This document shows, piece by piece, positions 30,359 to 41,529 of a stretch of 64,000 nt of DNA. The notes below the pieces were generated by a model that was given only the letters and a program-made list of their open reading frames with translations, had not been told where the DNA came from and made no database searches. Numbering within the stretch: the first letter of the stretch is position 1; each line of letters starts with the position of its first letter. The stretch is from Bacteroidia bacterium. Its GTDB lineage: Bacteria > Bacteroidota > Bacteroidia > UKL13-3. The translations under genes and the position numbers were made by a program. The DNA lies in assembly GCA_025454875.1 (NCBI GenBank), contig JALONP010000005.1, positions 9,431 through 73,430 of the forward strand. Direction: 5' to 3'.

Positions 30359-31055
30359 AAAAATGCCTATCGTAATAGGTGTCTGGATGAATTAAGACAT
30401 GCATGAGTGGGTGTAAATCTTGGGCATGTTCCGCAATACTTCTTCTGTCGTCAGCAACTAGTTTACCCTTATTATAACATTTCCAGCGGGTCCATTCTGA
30501 ATCGCTAACATAAAAACTTTCTTGAAACAAGTTGAATGTTGGTTCGTGGTCGTATGCCTCATACCATAAACCAAATTCTTGGGGCTTGCGGTTTTTCCAA
30601 AAATCGAGGTTGTTCAAACCTGTCATTCCTCCATGGCTAGCTGCGCCAACTATTTTGGTCTTAAATGCAGTTTCTATAACTTGAATATCTCTTATAAGAC
30701 AATCTTCGGGCTTTTCATTCCAAATGGCTGCTTGCTCCATTACTTCACTGTGATATCCTAATTCATGACCAGTATCAATTAGTTTTCGAATAATGCGGTA
30801 ATGCTCAAAACTAAGCGGGTTGTATTCTGGTGCATGTAGCCTTATGAAAAAAGTGGCCTTGATGTTTAGGTTGTTAAACAAGTCGATTAAACGTTCTGTT
30901 TTTTTAACAGAATAATCGATATCGACTCTGTTAACCAATGCAAGAGGTGGCAATTGGTTTTTGGCTGTAACATATTCTTTACACGTAAGTACCTTGTAGC
31001 CTAAAGCCAATACCTGTTCGTACTGTTGTTGAATATACTTAAATGTGAAGTGCAT
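30351..31055 (-). CDS. Polysaccharide deacetylase-like protein (WbmS-like)
   Basis: RVDID, ATFF, GHELGYH, SHG, YVSDS, LIHP. Confidence 0.7.
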   Translation of the reverse strand: MHFTFKYIQQQYEQVLALGYKVLTCKEYVTAKNQLPPLALVNRVDIDYSVKKTERLIDLFNNLNIKATFFIRLHAPEYNPLSFEHYRIIRKLIDTGHELGYHSEVMEQAAIWNEKPEDCLIRDIQVIETAFKTKIVGAASHGGMTGLNNLDFWKNRKPQEFGLWYEAYDHEPTFNLFQESFYVSDSEWTRWKCYNKGKLVADDRRSIAEHAQDLHPLMHVLIHPDTYYDRHFYE

Positions 31056-31803
31056 GTGTGAGTTGTTGTTGATCCGGAAAATTAACCAAAACGCCCATTC
31101 CTTTTTTTTGAAAAACCACCATACTTCCCAATGCTACCGCTGATGCTTTGCCCTTGTGCACAGCATCAGCAATATGTTGAATATTACCTGCCCCTCCATG
31201 CGCAATCACAGGAATGGATACGGCATCAGCAATCGATTTAATTAAAGGAATATTCATTCCATTCCATTCGTTTTCATGTAAGATAGAAGTGATAAGCAAT
31301 TCACCAGCCCCTGCTTGTTCTACTTGTTTGGCATACAGAATGGGGTCTGCATTGGTTCCTGTTTTGCCGTTATCAATCCATACTTTAGGTTTACCCCAAA
31401 AGTCAGGTTTTACATCAATGGAAACCACCACTGCTTGGTTCCCATACCTATTGCTTATTTGTTCAATGAGCGAAGGTTGTTTATAAGCAGCAGTATTTAA
31501 GATTACCTTTTCAAAACCAATGGTTAAGATTTCGGCTGCCATTTGTTCAGAGCGAATACCACCGCCATAAGATAATGGCATAAAACATTCATTTGCAATT
31601 TCACGTAGCAGATTTAAGTTGGGTTCTCGGTTTTCTGATGTTGCTCGAATATCTAAAAAACAAAGTTCGTCCACTTCGAGTTCGTTAAATATACGAACAG
31701 TATTTAGGGGATCTCCAATGTATTGGTGTTTGCCAAAACGATGCGTTTTAACCAAGCTTTCGTTCATGAGTTGTAAGCAAGGAATGATTCGGGTTCGTAG
31801 CAT
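31039..31803 (-). CDS. HisF2/AglZ/WbuZ-like cyclase subunit for acetamidino sugar modification
   Basis: RIIPCL, YIGDPLNTVRIFNE.EVDEL, MPLSYGGG, AGEL. Start at 31803 overlaps the hisH-like stop (TAATG). Confidence 0.9.
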   Translation of the reverse strand: MLRTRIIPCLQLMNESLVKTHRFGKHQYIGDPLNTVRIFNELEVDELCFLDIRATSENREPNLNLLREIANECFMPLSYGGGIRSEQMAAEILTIGFEKVILNTAAYKQPSLIEQISNRYGNQAVVVSIDVKPDFWGKPKVWIDNGKTGTNADPILYAKQVEQAGAGELLITSILHENEWNGMNIPLIKSIADAVSIPVIAHGGAGNIQHIADAVHKGKASAVALGSMVVFQKKGMGVLVNFPDQQQLTHALHI

Positions 31804-32408
31804 TAACTTTTGGCAAAATTTTGTAACAAAGCCAAACCAAACCGATGGCTTTTTTCGGGATGAAACTGTGCTCCCCATATATGGTTGTGTGCAATCATTG
31901 AGTCAAATGAATGTCCGTAATGGGTTGTGGCCAATGCATGTTCGCGATTGGTTGTTTGCACATAGTATGAATGTACAAAGTAAAAACGGGGCTCTGGAGG
32001 CAAGTGATCAATGAGTGGATGCATATATTGGGGTTCAATCCGGTTCCATCCCATATGAGGCACCTTCAGGTTGGAAGTAGGAGTGAAACGTTTCGCTGTT
32101 CCTTCTATCCAATTTAATCCCGGCAATTTGCCTTCTTCACTTTTTTGTGTGAGCAGCTGCATTCCTAAGCATATTCCAAGAACGGGCGTTTGTTTAATCA
32201 GCACTTTTTCGTTGAGCACATCTAATAGATTGCGTTCTTTAAGATTCGACATAGCAGTATCAAACGCACCAACACCTGGGAGTAATAGTTTGGTAGCATC
32301 AATAACCTGTGAAGGTGATTGGGCAATTTGAACGGTTACACCAATCCGCTTGAACATGTTAACGATTGATCCAATATTGCCTAGCCCGTAATCTACTATG
32401 GTAATCAT
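31803..32408 (-). CDS. HisH2/WbuY-like glutamine amidotransferase
   Basis: DYGLGN, LPGVG, GICLGMQL, PHMGWN, FYFVHSY, QFHPEKS. Confidence 0.92.
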   Translation of the reverse strand: MITIVDYGLGNIGSIVNMFKRIGVTVQIAQSPSQVIDATKLLLPGVGAFDTAMSNLKERNLLDVLNEKVLIKQTPVLGICLGMQLLTQKSEEGKLPGLNWIEGTAKRFTPTSNLKVPHMGWNRIEPQYMHPLIDHLPPEPRFYFVHSYYVQTTNREHALATTHYGHSFDSMIAHNHIWGAQFHPEKSHRFGLALLQNFAKS

Positions 32409-33571
32409 CTGGTATTATTGACTGTAGGGAAACAATACTTCATGTAGAAACTCTTAGGTATGAGGTGCGACCGCATTAACACATAGAATAATGGTCGTAA
32501 CAATTCAAACCTTTTTTTATAGGTTGGAAACTCATACCAGTATCTAGGTTGAGCTGCCATTATTTCGTTATAGATATTCTCAGATAATTGCAATCGTTTT
32601 TTAAAGTAAGAAACAAGTTCAGGTTCCGCATGTGGCTCCTCATGGTAGTATTGATGGACAGCAGAATCACGATTCAGTTGTCCATTTCGAACCAAGGCTG
32701 CTAGTGAATTGTTGCGGTAATCAATATGGAATTTTTGAGGACAATAAATGGAATGGAAAAATGCAGTCATTCGGTTTTCTAAATGATGGCCTCCATAGTA
32801 TTGCCAATTACATTTGTTCATTAAGAATTGTTGAGCCGATTTTTTATCATAAGCAAGGTACCATAACGGTCTAATTTTGCGAATACGGACAAACATGGTC
32901 CAAAATAGGAAGCGGATGAATGTCATTAATGGATAGCTATGCATTTTAAGTGATCCGTATTGTTCGTGTATTTTGCGAATGTACTTTCCATCAAAATAGT
33001 TCTTCCCAAGAGGACTAATGCCTTCGGTCATAAATGAGTGTCCTTCTAGAATGTATTTGACTTTGTATTTATAAGCTGCTCGGTACATGGTCTCCGCTAA
33101 TGCCAAGTCTGTAGAAGCTTCAATCTCGGGTACTCCTGCTTTAAAGAAGGATAAAAAAATATCATCTGCTTCTTTGTTATCAATTACATGGGTGTACAAA
33201 TCAATTTTTAAATCAGCCAATACTTTTCGAATATTTTCGGTTGCAATGGCTGTATTCCAAGTATTGTCGTAATGCACCGCAAGTGGGCGAAGTCCTTTTT
33301 CTACGGCCCAATACAACAAATAGGAAGAATCGGTGCCACCACTTACCCCAACGATGCAATCATATTTTTTTCCTTTCCCTTTTCGTTTTATTTCTGCAAT
33401 AATGTTGTCAAGTATCTTAGCTCCAGTTGGAGTGCCTGTTGCGTATTGTTTGGCTAGCTCGTCTACCATTTTACAATAATTGCATACACCAGTATCGTCA
33501 AAGACGATTCCTGGAACTGATGCATCATAAATACAACGCGAACATATTTGTTGTTCAATTAGTTTACTCAT
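32405..33571 (-). CDS. N-acetyl sugar amidotransferase (WbpG/WbuX family)
   Basis: C.RC...GVCNYC, YDCIVGVSGGTDS PP-loop, W..YGGHH.E. Start at MSKL (33571) preferred. Confidence 0.9.
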   Translation of the reverse strand: MSKLIEQQICSRCIYDASVPGIVFDDTGVCNYCKMVDELAKQYATGTPTGAKILDNIIAEIKRKGKGKKYDCIVGVSGGTDSSYLLYWAVEKGLRPLAVHYDNTWNTAIATENIRKVLADLKIDLYTHVIDNKEADDIFLSFFKAGVPEIEASTDLALAETMYRAAYKYKVKYILEGHSFMTEGISPLGKNYFDGKYIRKIHEQYGSLKMHSYPLMTFIRFLFWTMFVRIRKIRPLWYLAYDKKSAQQFLMNKCNWQYYGGHHLENRMTAFFHSIYCPQKFHIDYRNNSLAALVRNGQLNRDSAVHQYYHEEPHAEPELVSYFKKRLQLSENIYNEIMAAQPRYWYEFPTYKKRFELLRPLFYVLMRSHLIPKSFYMKYCFPTVNNTR

Positions 33572-34521
33572 TTCGTAAATCGTCCGCTGTAACAAGCTTC
33601 TTCATCATGGAAATAATCGATGCGAAGGTTGTTGTCATTGATCATCTTTCTAAACTCGGCTTCACTAAAGCGTTTGGCATTGCTTGGCGCATACCAATCA
33701 AAGTTGGTGCTTTTACTCAAATCAAATCCCCAGTCTTCTTTCCAAAAACATTTTAAAAAGTTCCAATAAATAAAGCGTTGGATATCATAGGTGCCACCTT
33801 TAATGCCAAGTAATGGAATATCAGGACTCTCAAACGATATATTTAATTCACTCAAGCGTTTGCCCAATTCGGTTAATTGAGCTGAAAAGGCCCACATTTG
33901 GTCAGCAGGTATTTGGTGGGTAGCGCTTCTAAAATAGTCATCAATGAGTTCGCGTGGGAGTGCTTTTTTGCGGTACACATAACATGCAAATGCACCGCCC
34001 GGTTTGGTGATATCGCTTAGGTGTGCGAAGGTATTTTCAGGTACTTCTGTATGCATAATCACTTGGTCGCATACGGTAAAGTCAATACTATTTGGTTTAA
34101 TCCCAGTGTTGGCAATATCTCCTTTAAAAAAATACAGGTTTGGGAGGGTATTAAAATTTTTGGCTGCAACATGAATGGCTTCAGAAATATCTACGCCAAG
34201 TACTGTTGCATGTGGTGCCAGTTTAGCGAACCAAGCAGCCTTGTATCCCAAACCACAGCCTGTATCAATTATCGTATGTTTGTCTTTTAAGTAATCAGCG
34301 AGTGCTTTTTCACTTTCAAACCCATACAATGATAAGAACCATTCATATTGAAATGTATATAGCTTTTCAATTTCTTGGTATTCGTCAGCCTCTACCCATT
34401 TATCGCTAAAAATTTCCTCTGTTTGTTGCTGGTTAGATGCACGGTTGTTATCCGGGGTATTGATTGTAATGAAGTTTTGATTTACTGTAATTGGGTATTT
34501 AAATAAGTCGATTAAATTCAT
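33568..34521 (-). CDS. Class I SAM-dependent methyltransferase
   Basis: IDTGCGLG, GVDIS, GDI, V.MHT, FDWYAP. Confidence 0.88.
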   Translation of the reverse strand: MNLIDLFKYPITVNQNFITINTPDNNRASNQQQTEEIFSDKWVEADEYQEIEKLYTFQYEWFLSLYGFESEKALADYLKDKHTIIDTGCGLGYKAAWFAKLAPHATVLGVDISEAIHVAAKNFNTLPNLYFFKGDIANTGIKPNSIDFTVCDQVIMHTEVPENTFAHLSDITKPGGAFACYVYRKKALPRELIDDYFRSATHQIPADQMWAFSAQLTELGKRLSELNISFESPDIPLLGIKGGTYDIQRFIYWNFLKCFWKEDWGFDLSKSTNFDWYAPSNAKRFSEAEFRKMINDNNLRIDYFHDEEACYSGRFTK

Positions 34522-34522
34522 T

Positions 34523-35071
34523 TTATACTGCTATTAATTTTGCTGGATTTCCAGCTATTTTACTTCCATTAGGAAATGATTGATTTACAAAACTGTTTGC
34601 ACCTACGATGCATCCTTCACCTAAAGTTACTCCTTTTGTAATAATGGTTTGTGGGCCGATATAACAATTGTTGCCAATATCGGTAGGAGCATATTCATAT
34701 GGAGCCTGTCCTCCACTTATAGCCCATTGCACCGTGTCATGTGTGTAAATATGAACTGAGGCAGAAATACTGCAGTTATCACCAATATGTAAATTTCCCG
34801 ATCCATCTAATATGGTCATGGGTCCAATCCATGTGTGTTTGCCAACCTGAACATTGCCAAAAATATGTGCTGAATCATAAACAGAAGTGCCTTCGCCAAA
34901 CCCCAAGGTTTTGGCTTTTTCCCAACGATCAAATAAGAGCTCATTAAATGGTAAACTTCGTTTAAGTTCACTTAAGAAGTTTGAATCAAAATGCTCCTTT
35001 AACAAGTTGATTCTTTCAAATAAAGCAAGAAGCTCTTTTTGTTCTGGTGTAAATGTTTCTTTACGATTCAT
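34523..35071 (-). CDS. Hexapeptide-repeat acyltransferase
   Basis: [13 protein letters not shown]...IGNNCYIGP...IVGANSFV...AGNPA. Confidence 0.9.
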   Translation of the reverse strand: MNRKETFTPEQKELLALFERINLLKEHFDSNFLSELKRSLPFNELLFDRWEKAKTLGFGEGTSVYDSAHIFGNVQVGKHTWIGPMTILDGSGNLHIGDNCSISASVHIYTHDTVQWAISGGQAPYEYAPTDIGNNCYIGPQTIITKGVTLGEGCIVGANSFVNQSFPNGSKIAGNPAKLIAV

Positions 35072-36959
35072 AAGGTTTTTCGTTGTTTAAGAAAATCCGA
35101 CACCACCATTCAAAGTTCATTAAGCTCCACAATAACAACCGGTGGTTGATACGCTGGTCTATATGTTCGTGGATAATCTGTTCAACAAAGGTAGGATTGA
35201 TAAATTCAGAAGATACTGTTTTTTTATGGAGCAGTAATTCCTTCATATAAGCAGCATTTTCACCTCTGTACCAACTTTCATCTGGCGCGCTAAATCCCTG
35301 TTTTTTTCGGTTGATAATATTTTCTGGTAAAAAACCCTGCATAGCCTTGCGCAATACATTTTTACCATCATCATGTTCGGTATACAATTTCTTTTTACCA
35401 CCAGCTTTGTTTTCATCAATGCGTTTCATGTGTTCTAAGTTGCCAAGTTTGTGTTTCACAGGAACGGTCATGCCAAAATCAACCAAGTCGTTATCCATAA
35501 ACGGAAAACGTTCTTCAAGTCCATGTGCCATCGCAAGTTTATCGCCAACAAGAAATAAGCCTGGCAAGAATGTTTTAATTTCAAAGTACAAGGAGTTGTT
35601 AATATGTTGCTCAGGTGTATCGTATTTTAATTTATTATTAAACAAAAAAACACGTTCAAAAATATTGCGTGGTTCGTCAAGTTGTATTTGGCTATAGATA
35701 CTTGGTTGGAAGAGCGAAGTTTTGTCTTCATCTTTAACTAATCGTTGCCAGAATCCATAATATTGATCAAAATAATCTTGTCTGTTTAGTGACTGAAATA
35801 CGCGGTAGTATCGCCATGGATAACCTCCAAATAGCTCATCGCCACCTGTGCCTTGCAAACATACTTTAACAAACTTACTTGCAAGTCGAGAGATATAATA
35901 GTTGGGATAACTCATGCCTACTCTTAAATCTTCGAGGTGGTATACCAATTTGGGCAAACTCCAGCGAAGATCGCCTGCATTCATCACTTGTTCATAGTGT
36001 TCACTCTTAATGTAATTGGCAGTAAGCTCCGCATCCCTGCGTTCATCGTAGTTGGCTTCAACTCCCGTTACTTCGCTCATGTCAAATCCACAAGTAAAAG
36101 TATAGAGTCGAGGAACGTGGCTACTGGCTGCCACTGCAATGGAGCCGGAGTCCATGCCACCACTTAAATAACTTCCTACTGGAACATCAGATACCATTTG
36201 CCTGGCAACAGCTTGCTTGAACAACCGTTCCGTTTCACCGCATGCATCTTCGAAACTCATGTGTTCGTTTGTTTTCGAAAAATCATAATCCCACCAACTG
36301 TGGTATTTTATTTCGGTAGTGGTTGCATCAACACAGATGGTATTTGCTTGTGGCAACTGATAGATGCCTTTGAACAAGGTTTGGTAGGTAAATAAGTTTT
36401 GGAATGTAAAATACTCGTTCAAGGCATCTTTGTTTAACGCAACTGAGTATGATTGATGGGTTAGGATTGCTTTTGCTTCAGACGCAAATACAAGCACTCC
36501 TTTTTGAAAAGTATAGTAGAGTGGTTTAACTCCAAAACGGTCGCGTGAAAGCCAAATCTGTTTGGTTTTGGTATTCCAAGCAGCAACAGCAAACATGCCA
36601 TTTAATCGTTCGAAAAAGGAGGGGCCATATGCCGCAAGCCCTTCCGAAATAACTTCTGTATCGGTTGTGGAGTTAAATACATGTCCTTTGCTTTGAAGCT
36701 CTATTTTTAAGGATTGGAAGTTGTAAATGCAACCATTAAATACAATTACCCATTCGCCATTTTTGCTAGCCATTGGTTGTGATCCTCTTGCTGAAACATC
36801 GAGTATTGAAAGGCGTCTGTGTCCTAATCCAAGATTATGATCCAAAAATACACCTTCACCGTCAGGTCCTCTATGCGCAATGGCATCTGTCATTCGTTTC
36901 ACTTCTTGGTGTGTAACGGGTTCACCGTTTAATTTAAAAATGCCTGCTATGCCGCACAT
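35061..36959 (-). CDS. asnB: Glutamine-dependent asparagine synthase-like amidotransferase (uronamide formation)
   Basis: N-terminal [34 protein letters not shown]. Confidence 0.93.
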   Translation of the reverse strand: MCGIAGIFKLNGEPVTHQEVKRMTDAIAHRGPDGEGVFLDHNLGLGHRRLSILDVSARGSQPMASKNGEWVIVFNGCIYNFQSLKIELQSKGHVFNSTTDTEVISEGLAAYGPSFFERLNGMFAVAAWNTKTKQIWLSRDRFGVKPLYYTFQKGVLVFASEAKAILTHQSYSVALNKDALNEYFTFQNLFTYQTLFKGIYQLPQANTICVDATTTEIKYHSWWDYDFSKTNEHMSFEDACGETERLFKQAVARQMVSDVPVGSYLSGGMDSGSIAVAASSHVPRLYTFTCGFDMSEVTGVEANYDERRDAELTANYIKSEHYEQVMNAGDLRWSLPKLVYHLEDLRVGMSYPNYYISRLASKFVKVCLQGTGGDELFGGYPWRYYRVFQSLNRQDYFDQYYGFWQRLVKDEDKTSLFQPSIYSQIQLDEPRNIFERVFLFNNKLKYDTPEQHINNSLYFEIKTFLPGLFLVGDKLAMAHGLEERFPFMDNDLVDFGMTVPVKHKLGNLEHMKRIDENKAGGKKKLYTEHDDGKNVLRKAMQGFLPENIINRKKQGFSAPDESWYRGENAAYMKELLLHKKTVSSEFINPTFVEQIIHEHIDQRINHRLLLWSLMNFEWWCRIFLNNEKPYES

Positions 36960-36986
36960 ATCATTTAAAGAGAAGTTAAGGTGAGA

Positions 36987-38057
36987 TTAATTGTTTTTAG
37001 TTGCGATTGCCTTATTGTATACTTCTATCAATTGTGGCAAAGCTTGGTTTATGTCGTGATACTTTAGAGCGTAGTTTCGGCTTTCATTTCCAACTACGCT
37101 GAGTTGCTTAGTGTTAATTAACAGTTGTCTTAATACAGTTTCTAATGTATCTGGATTTGCATTGATAATTGGGCAGTCTAAGGGCAACTCATATTTGGTT
37201 ACACTTGGTTTCAAATAACATATAACTGGCTTACCACTGGCAAGAGCTTCCATTGTAGCCATTCCATAGCTCCCGATAATCAATTGGTCAATAAACAAGT
37301 CACATGATTGGATGTGTCTTTTAGCCTCCTGATGAGGCATGTTTTGAATGAGTATAAACTCAAAGGCAAATTCGTTTTTTAAGCGTTCGATAGCTGCTAA
37401 TACATGTTGTGTTCCTTTGCAAATTGGAGCCGAAGGGGAATGCACAATAAGTGGCTTTGTCAAGTCTCTAACAGGTATTTTGACGTCAAATGCTGTACAG
37501 TCAATTCGCTGCATTAATTCGTACGTGTGTGAAAATATTGTATTATCAATATATTGCTTCATGCCAGGTAAAGCAATACTCTTGAAGCCATATTTTTTAA
37601 AATCTAATTGGGTTGATATTGAGTTTGATTTACTTTCATATGCGTATTCGTAACCCTGGTTAAATACTTGTTTATAATATGGGTTGTTTATAAATTCAAT
37701 TTCAGGATTGCGAATATCGGATCCTAAAAACTCCACTACTGCAGGTTTCTTTAGCAATTTAATAACAGGTCCACAAGCTTTTAACAAACCACTGCTAAAA
37801 CCACCACACCAATGAATCACATCAGCCCAAAACAATAACCTGATGAACTGTAAATACCAACGTAAATAAGTCCAAACACGAGATATTATCGTTTGAGTGT
37901 GGTTGTATACAATTAAACCATCCGCACTTTGTTTAATATCATTTTGGATAATAAGCCCAACAGCATTATGCCCACGCTCTTTGAGTGCCTTCACAGTTAT
38001 TGAAGGCATTGACGCAATATTAAAAGGAAGAATAAGTACGTTTAGTTTTTTATCCAT
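36987..38057 (-). CDS. GT-B fold glycosyltransferase
   Basis: GSDIR, IVHSPS...KGT, DQL..GSYG....EALASGKPV. Start at MDKK (38057) preferred. Confidence 0.8.
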   Translation of the reverse strand: MDKKLNVLILPFNIASMPSITVKALKERGHNAVGLIIQNDIKQSADGLIVYNHTQTIISRVWTYLRWYLQFIRLLFWADVIHWCGGFSSGLLKACGPVIKLLKKPAVVEFLGSDIRNPEIEFINNPYYKQVFNQGYEYAYESKSNSISTQLDFKKYGFKSIALPGMKQYIDNTIFSHTYELMQRIDCTAFDVKIPVRDLTKPLIVHSPSAPICKGTQHVLAAIERLKNEFAFEFILIQNMPHQEAKRHIQSCDLFIDQLIIGSYGMATMEALASGKPVICYLKPSVTKYELPLDCPIINANPDTLETVLRQLLINTKQLSVVGNESRNYALKYHDINQALPQLIEVYNKAIATKNN

Positions 38058-39204
38058 TGAGTGAATGAAGTGCATCAATTATATAATCGTAATCTGCTTT
38101 CACCATTTTGTTGTGAAGTGGAATCGACATAGAATATTGGTCGCATGCAAAAGCTCCAGGAAAATCATTAGGTTTTACATTTAACATGTTTGCATATACT
38201 CCTAACATATGTACTGCGTGTGTGCCAGGCCGTGTTGCAATACCACGTTGTTGTAAAAACTCCATGATGTCATTTCGTTTCATTGGTGCTTTGCTCTCAT
38301 CAATAAATGTAACATAACTTTGCCAACCATGGGCGTAACCTTCTGCCACAAGAGGTGTACGTAACCAAGGCAAATCACTTAGCTTGTTTGTATAATAAGC
38401 TGCCCATTCATTACGTTCAGCAATAAATTGATCAAGTTTACCCAGTTGCACTACCCCTAACGCTCCCTGTAAGTCGGTCATGCGGTAATTGTAACCTACA
38501 TCTTCAAATGCTGGTAAAATATAAGGTTTGGGTCCATGATGGCGTTGCTCTTCTGAGATGGATGCTCCGTGATTGCGTAACCGATCAAGGTGTGCAGCAA
38601 TGGCATCGTCATTGGTTGTAAGCATGCCACCTTCACCTGTTGTAACTGACTTGCGCGGGTGAAACGAAAAACAGCCAACATCGCCCAAGCTACCTGCTGG
38701 TTTGCCATTAAGGGCACTACCTGCTGCGCAAGCACCATCTTCTACAATTTTTAATTGTGGAAAGTATTTTTTAATATAATCGATATCGGCACAAAGACCA
38801 AATAAATGAACGGGGATAATTGCTTTTGTTTTAGAGGTGATTTTAGCAGCAATTTCATCCAATTTAATATTAAATGTTAGGGGGTCAACATCAACCAATA
38901 CAGGCTTAGCATTGCAGTATACTACTGCATTGGCGGTAGATACCCATGTAAAGGCCGGAACCAATACTTCGTCACCTGGTTGCACACCGCAAGCAAGCAG
39001 TGCCAAGTGCAATGCGGTGGTACAATTGGAAACAGCTAAGGCATGCTTTACTTGATGACGTTTAGCGAAAAGGGTTTCAAATTCTTTCACTTTCGGCCCT
39101 TGGGTAATCCAGCCACTTTCAATTGGCGCTTTAAGAGCTTCCCATTCTTCAATTCCCATTGAAGGAATAGAAATAGGGATATTTCTTTTCTGGTTATCGT
39201 TCAT
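38050..39204 (-). CDS. DegT/DnrJ/EryC1/StrS PLP-dependent sugar aminotransferase
   Basis: SNCTTALH, VHLFG, EDGACA, FSFHPRKSVTTGEGG, GYNYRMTD. Confidence 0.93.
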   Translation of the reverse strand: MNDNQKRNIPISIPSMGIEEWEALKAPIESGWITQGPKVKEFETLFAKRHQVKHALAVSNCTTALHLALLACGVQPGDEVLVPAFTWVSTANAVVYCNAKPVLVDVDPLTFNIKLDEIAAKITSKTKAIIPVHLFGLCADIDYIKKYFPQLKIVEDGACAAGSALNGKPAGSLGDVGCFSFHPRKSVTTGEGGMLTTNDDAIAAHLDRLRNHGASISEEQRHHGPKPYILPAFEDVGYNYRMTDLQGALGVVQLGKLDQFIAERNEWAAYYTNKLSDLPWLRTPLVAEGYAHGWQSYVTFIDESKAPMKRNDIMEFLQQRGIATRPGTHAVHMLGVYANMLNVKPNDFPGAFACDQYSMSIPLHNKMVKADYDYIIDALHSLNG

Positions 39205-39262
39205 TTGGTGCTTTTGTTAATTGATAAATAAGTTAATTTGGTAAATTTATTTAAACTAGAAA

Positions 39263-40255
39263 CTACTGATTGGCCGCAGTTTCTGCGTTGTTTTGCATGC
39301 GCCAATCTATCAGTTTTTGCAAACCTTCACGTAGTTCGTATTTGTATCTGAATCCAATTTCTTGTTCTGCTTTAATACGAGATCCGATTCTGTTTTGAAC
39401 AAGAGCACGTGCATCATCAGCACTATAAGGTTTGTAAATAACTTCCAAAGTTGATTTTTTAAGTTCGAGTATCAAGTCGCATAATTGTTTAATGCTTGTT
39501 TGTACTTCTGTTCCAACATTGTAATAACCCAGTTGCACATCGCTTTTAAGCGCATCAATATTACAACGAGCAACATCTTCAACGTAAATAAAATCGTATG
39601 CTTGACTCCCATCTCCATTAATAATTGGTTGTTCGTTGGCATCAATTTTATTTAGCATGATTGGAATAACTCCTGTATAAGCAGCGGTTTGGTCTTGATG
39701 CGGTCCATACACATTCATGTAACGAAGTCCAATTACAGGAAGTCCATACCGGTCGTTGTAGGCAGTGCACATTGCCTCTCCAGCAATTTTAGTAGCTCCG
39801 TAAAAGTTTTTATTGTTAAATGGGTGGTTCTCGGTCATGGGTAATTCAACAGCATCACCATATACAGAAGCCGAAGAAGACCAGATGAGTTTTTTGATAC
39901 CATTGTTCACACACGCTTCTAAAATATTAAATGTACCAGCTATATTAACATCAAAAGCTGTACGAGGAAAGTCTTTGCAATGCAAAAGCCACATAGCTGC
40001 TAGGCTAATTACATAATCCATACCTTGCATTGCATGATTTAAAATATCTGTTTCACGTATATCACCTCCATTCGGATAGAGCGAGCATCTTGGGTCTTCG
40101 AGTTGTGTTTTAAGGTAATCCATTTTGCCGCGGGCAAAGTTGTCGTATACCAACACCTGTGCAACTGGTTCTTTTAACAATTCAGTAACTACATGGCTGC
40201 CAATAAAGCCGGCACCACCAATTACCATTACTTTTGCGTTTTCTAGTTTATTCAT
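39263..40255 (-). CDS. NAD-dependent nucleotide-sugar epimerase/dehydratase
   Basis: GGAGFIG, SSASVYG, YGATK, RYMNVYGP. Start at MNKL (40255) preferred. Confidence 0.92.
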   Translation of the reverse strand: MNKLENAKVMVIGGAGFIGSHVVTELLKEPVAQVLVYDNFARGKMDYLKTQLEDPRCSLYPNGGDIRETDILNHAMQGMDYVISLAAMWLLHCKDFPRTAFDVNIAGTFNILEACVNNGIKKLIWSSSASVYGDAVELPMTENHPFNNKNFYGATKIAGEAMCTAYNDRYGLPVIGLRYMNVYGPHQDQTAAYTGVIPIMLNKIDANEQPIINGDGSQAYDFIYVEDVARCNIDALKSDVQLGYYNVGTEVQTSIKQLCDLILELKKSTLEVIYKPYSADDARALVQNRIGSRIKAEQEIGFRYKYELREGLQKLIDWRMQNNAETAANQ

Positions 40256-41529
40256 ACTTTTTTTAATTGCCAATTTGTTTGATTTAATACGTATCCCCAT
40301 GATTCTTCCCAACGGTATTCTTTATTTTTCTCAAATCCAGTTTTAAGAACGTGAAAATCGTGCACCCGTTCAACCCAATCCAGTGTTTTTCCTGTTAGCA
40401 AGCTAAATCCTAAATAAACCGAGTATGATCCTGGAAGAAGTGGAGTATTCAAAGATAATGATGCTTCGTAAGAACCGGGCTCTAAACGGCCGTCTGTAGC
40501 TTCACTATTTTTTTCACTAAACACGATTCTTTGCCCATCCAGGGTTCCAATCATTACTGAAAGATTATGGTGCGGTATAGGTTCATGTATGGTAAATGAT
40601 ACTTTTATTTGTATAGGCTCTCCGTAATAAAAATCTTTATGAGGCATGTTTATATGATTCAATAACTGTACCCTTGTGAATTGCATGCTTGTACTCGCAT
40701 AATCACGTTTCATATCTACTGGAATAATTCCTGTTTCACTCATGTTAAGTCCGTTAGATAAGTATTTGTCAATAGCAGTCGAAACATTACCATCATATTG
40801 AATATCTCCATGGTTAAGGGTAATGCAACGCGTACATAAATTTTTAACTGCCGTCATTTGATGGCTAACAAACAAAATGGTTCTGCCTTCATCTCTTGAC
40901 ACATGTTGCATTTTCCCCAAACATTTTTGCTGAAATTCTACATCACCTACAGCAAGTACTTCATCAATAATGAGGATTTCAGGTTCTAAATGGGCTGCTA
41001 CCGCAAATCCCAAACGCACTTTCATTCCTGATGAATAAAATTTAACGGGAGTATCTATATGCGTTTCTATTCCACTAAAATCAATGATTTCATCTAACTT
41101 GTAATCAATTTCTTTTTTGGTCATACCCAGAATTGTCCCATTCATGTAGATATTGTCTCGGCCAGTAAGTTCTGGATGAAACCCTGTACCTACTTCAAGC
41201 AAAGCGGATACCCTACCATTTAGTTTAATCTCGCCAGAAGTTGGTTCTGTGATGCGTGATAGAATTTTGAGTAGGGTACTTTTGCCTGCACCATTGTGAC
41301 CAATAATTCCGAGAACCTCCCCTTTGTTTACAGAAAATGAAATATCATTAAGCGCCTTAAACAAGGTTTCATCTTGAGCATTCAGTTTGCTCATGTTTCG
41401 AATACGCTTAAAGTTGTTAATCGGACTTTTTAGGGTGTTTAGCAACTGCCCTACAAACGTATCACCTTTTTGCTGCCGCAAACCAATGCGATAATGCTTA
41501 CTAATATTGTTTACTTCAATTGCCTTCAT
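40252..41529 (-). CDS. wzt: Polysaccharide ABC exporter ATP-binding subunit with C-terminal carbohydrate-binding domain
   Basis: GHNGAGKST, YSSGM signature, IIDEVLAVGD, C-terminal Wzt_C extension. Confidence 0.93.
   Translation of the reverse strand: MKAIEVNNISKHYRIGLRQQKGDTFVGQLLNTLKSPINNFKRIRNMSKLNAQDETLFKALNDISFSVNKGEVLGIIGHNGAGKSTLLKILSRITEPTSGEIKLNGRVSALLEVGTGFHPELTGRDNIYMNGTILGMTKKEIDYKLDEIIDFSGIETHIDTPVKFYSSGMKVRLGFAVAAHLEPEILIIDEVLAVGDVEFQQKCLGKMQHVSRDEGRTILFVSHQMTAVKNLCTRCITLNHGDIQYDGNVSTAIDKYLSNGLNMSETGIIPVDMKRDYASTSMQFTRVQLLNHINMPHKDFYYGEPIQIKVSFTIHEPIPHHNLSVMIGTLDGQRIVFSEKNSEATDGRLEPGSYEASLSLNTPLLPGSYSVYLGFSLLTGKTLDWVERVHDFHVLKTGFEKNKEYRWEESWGYVLNQTNWQLKKV

Noticed and set aside
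31039-32408. Histidine biosynthesis hisH/hisF
   Set aside because: They sit beside a WbpG-type amidotransferase in a glycan locus with no other his genes, so they are the sugar-modification paralogs.
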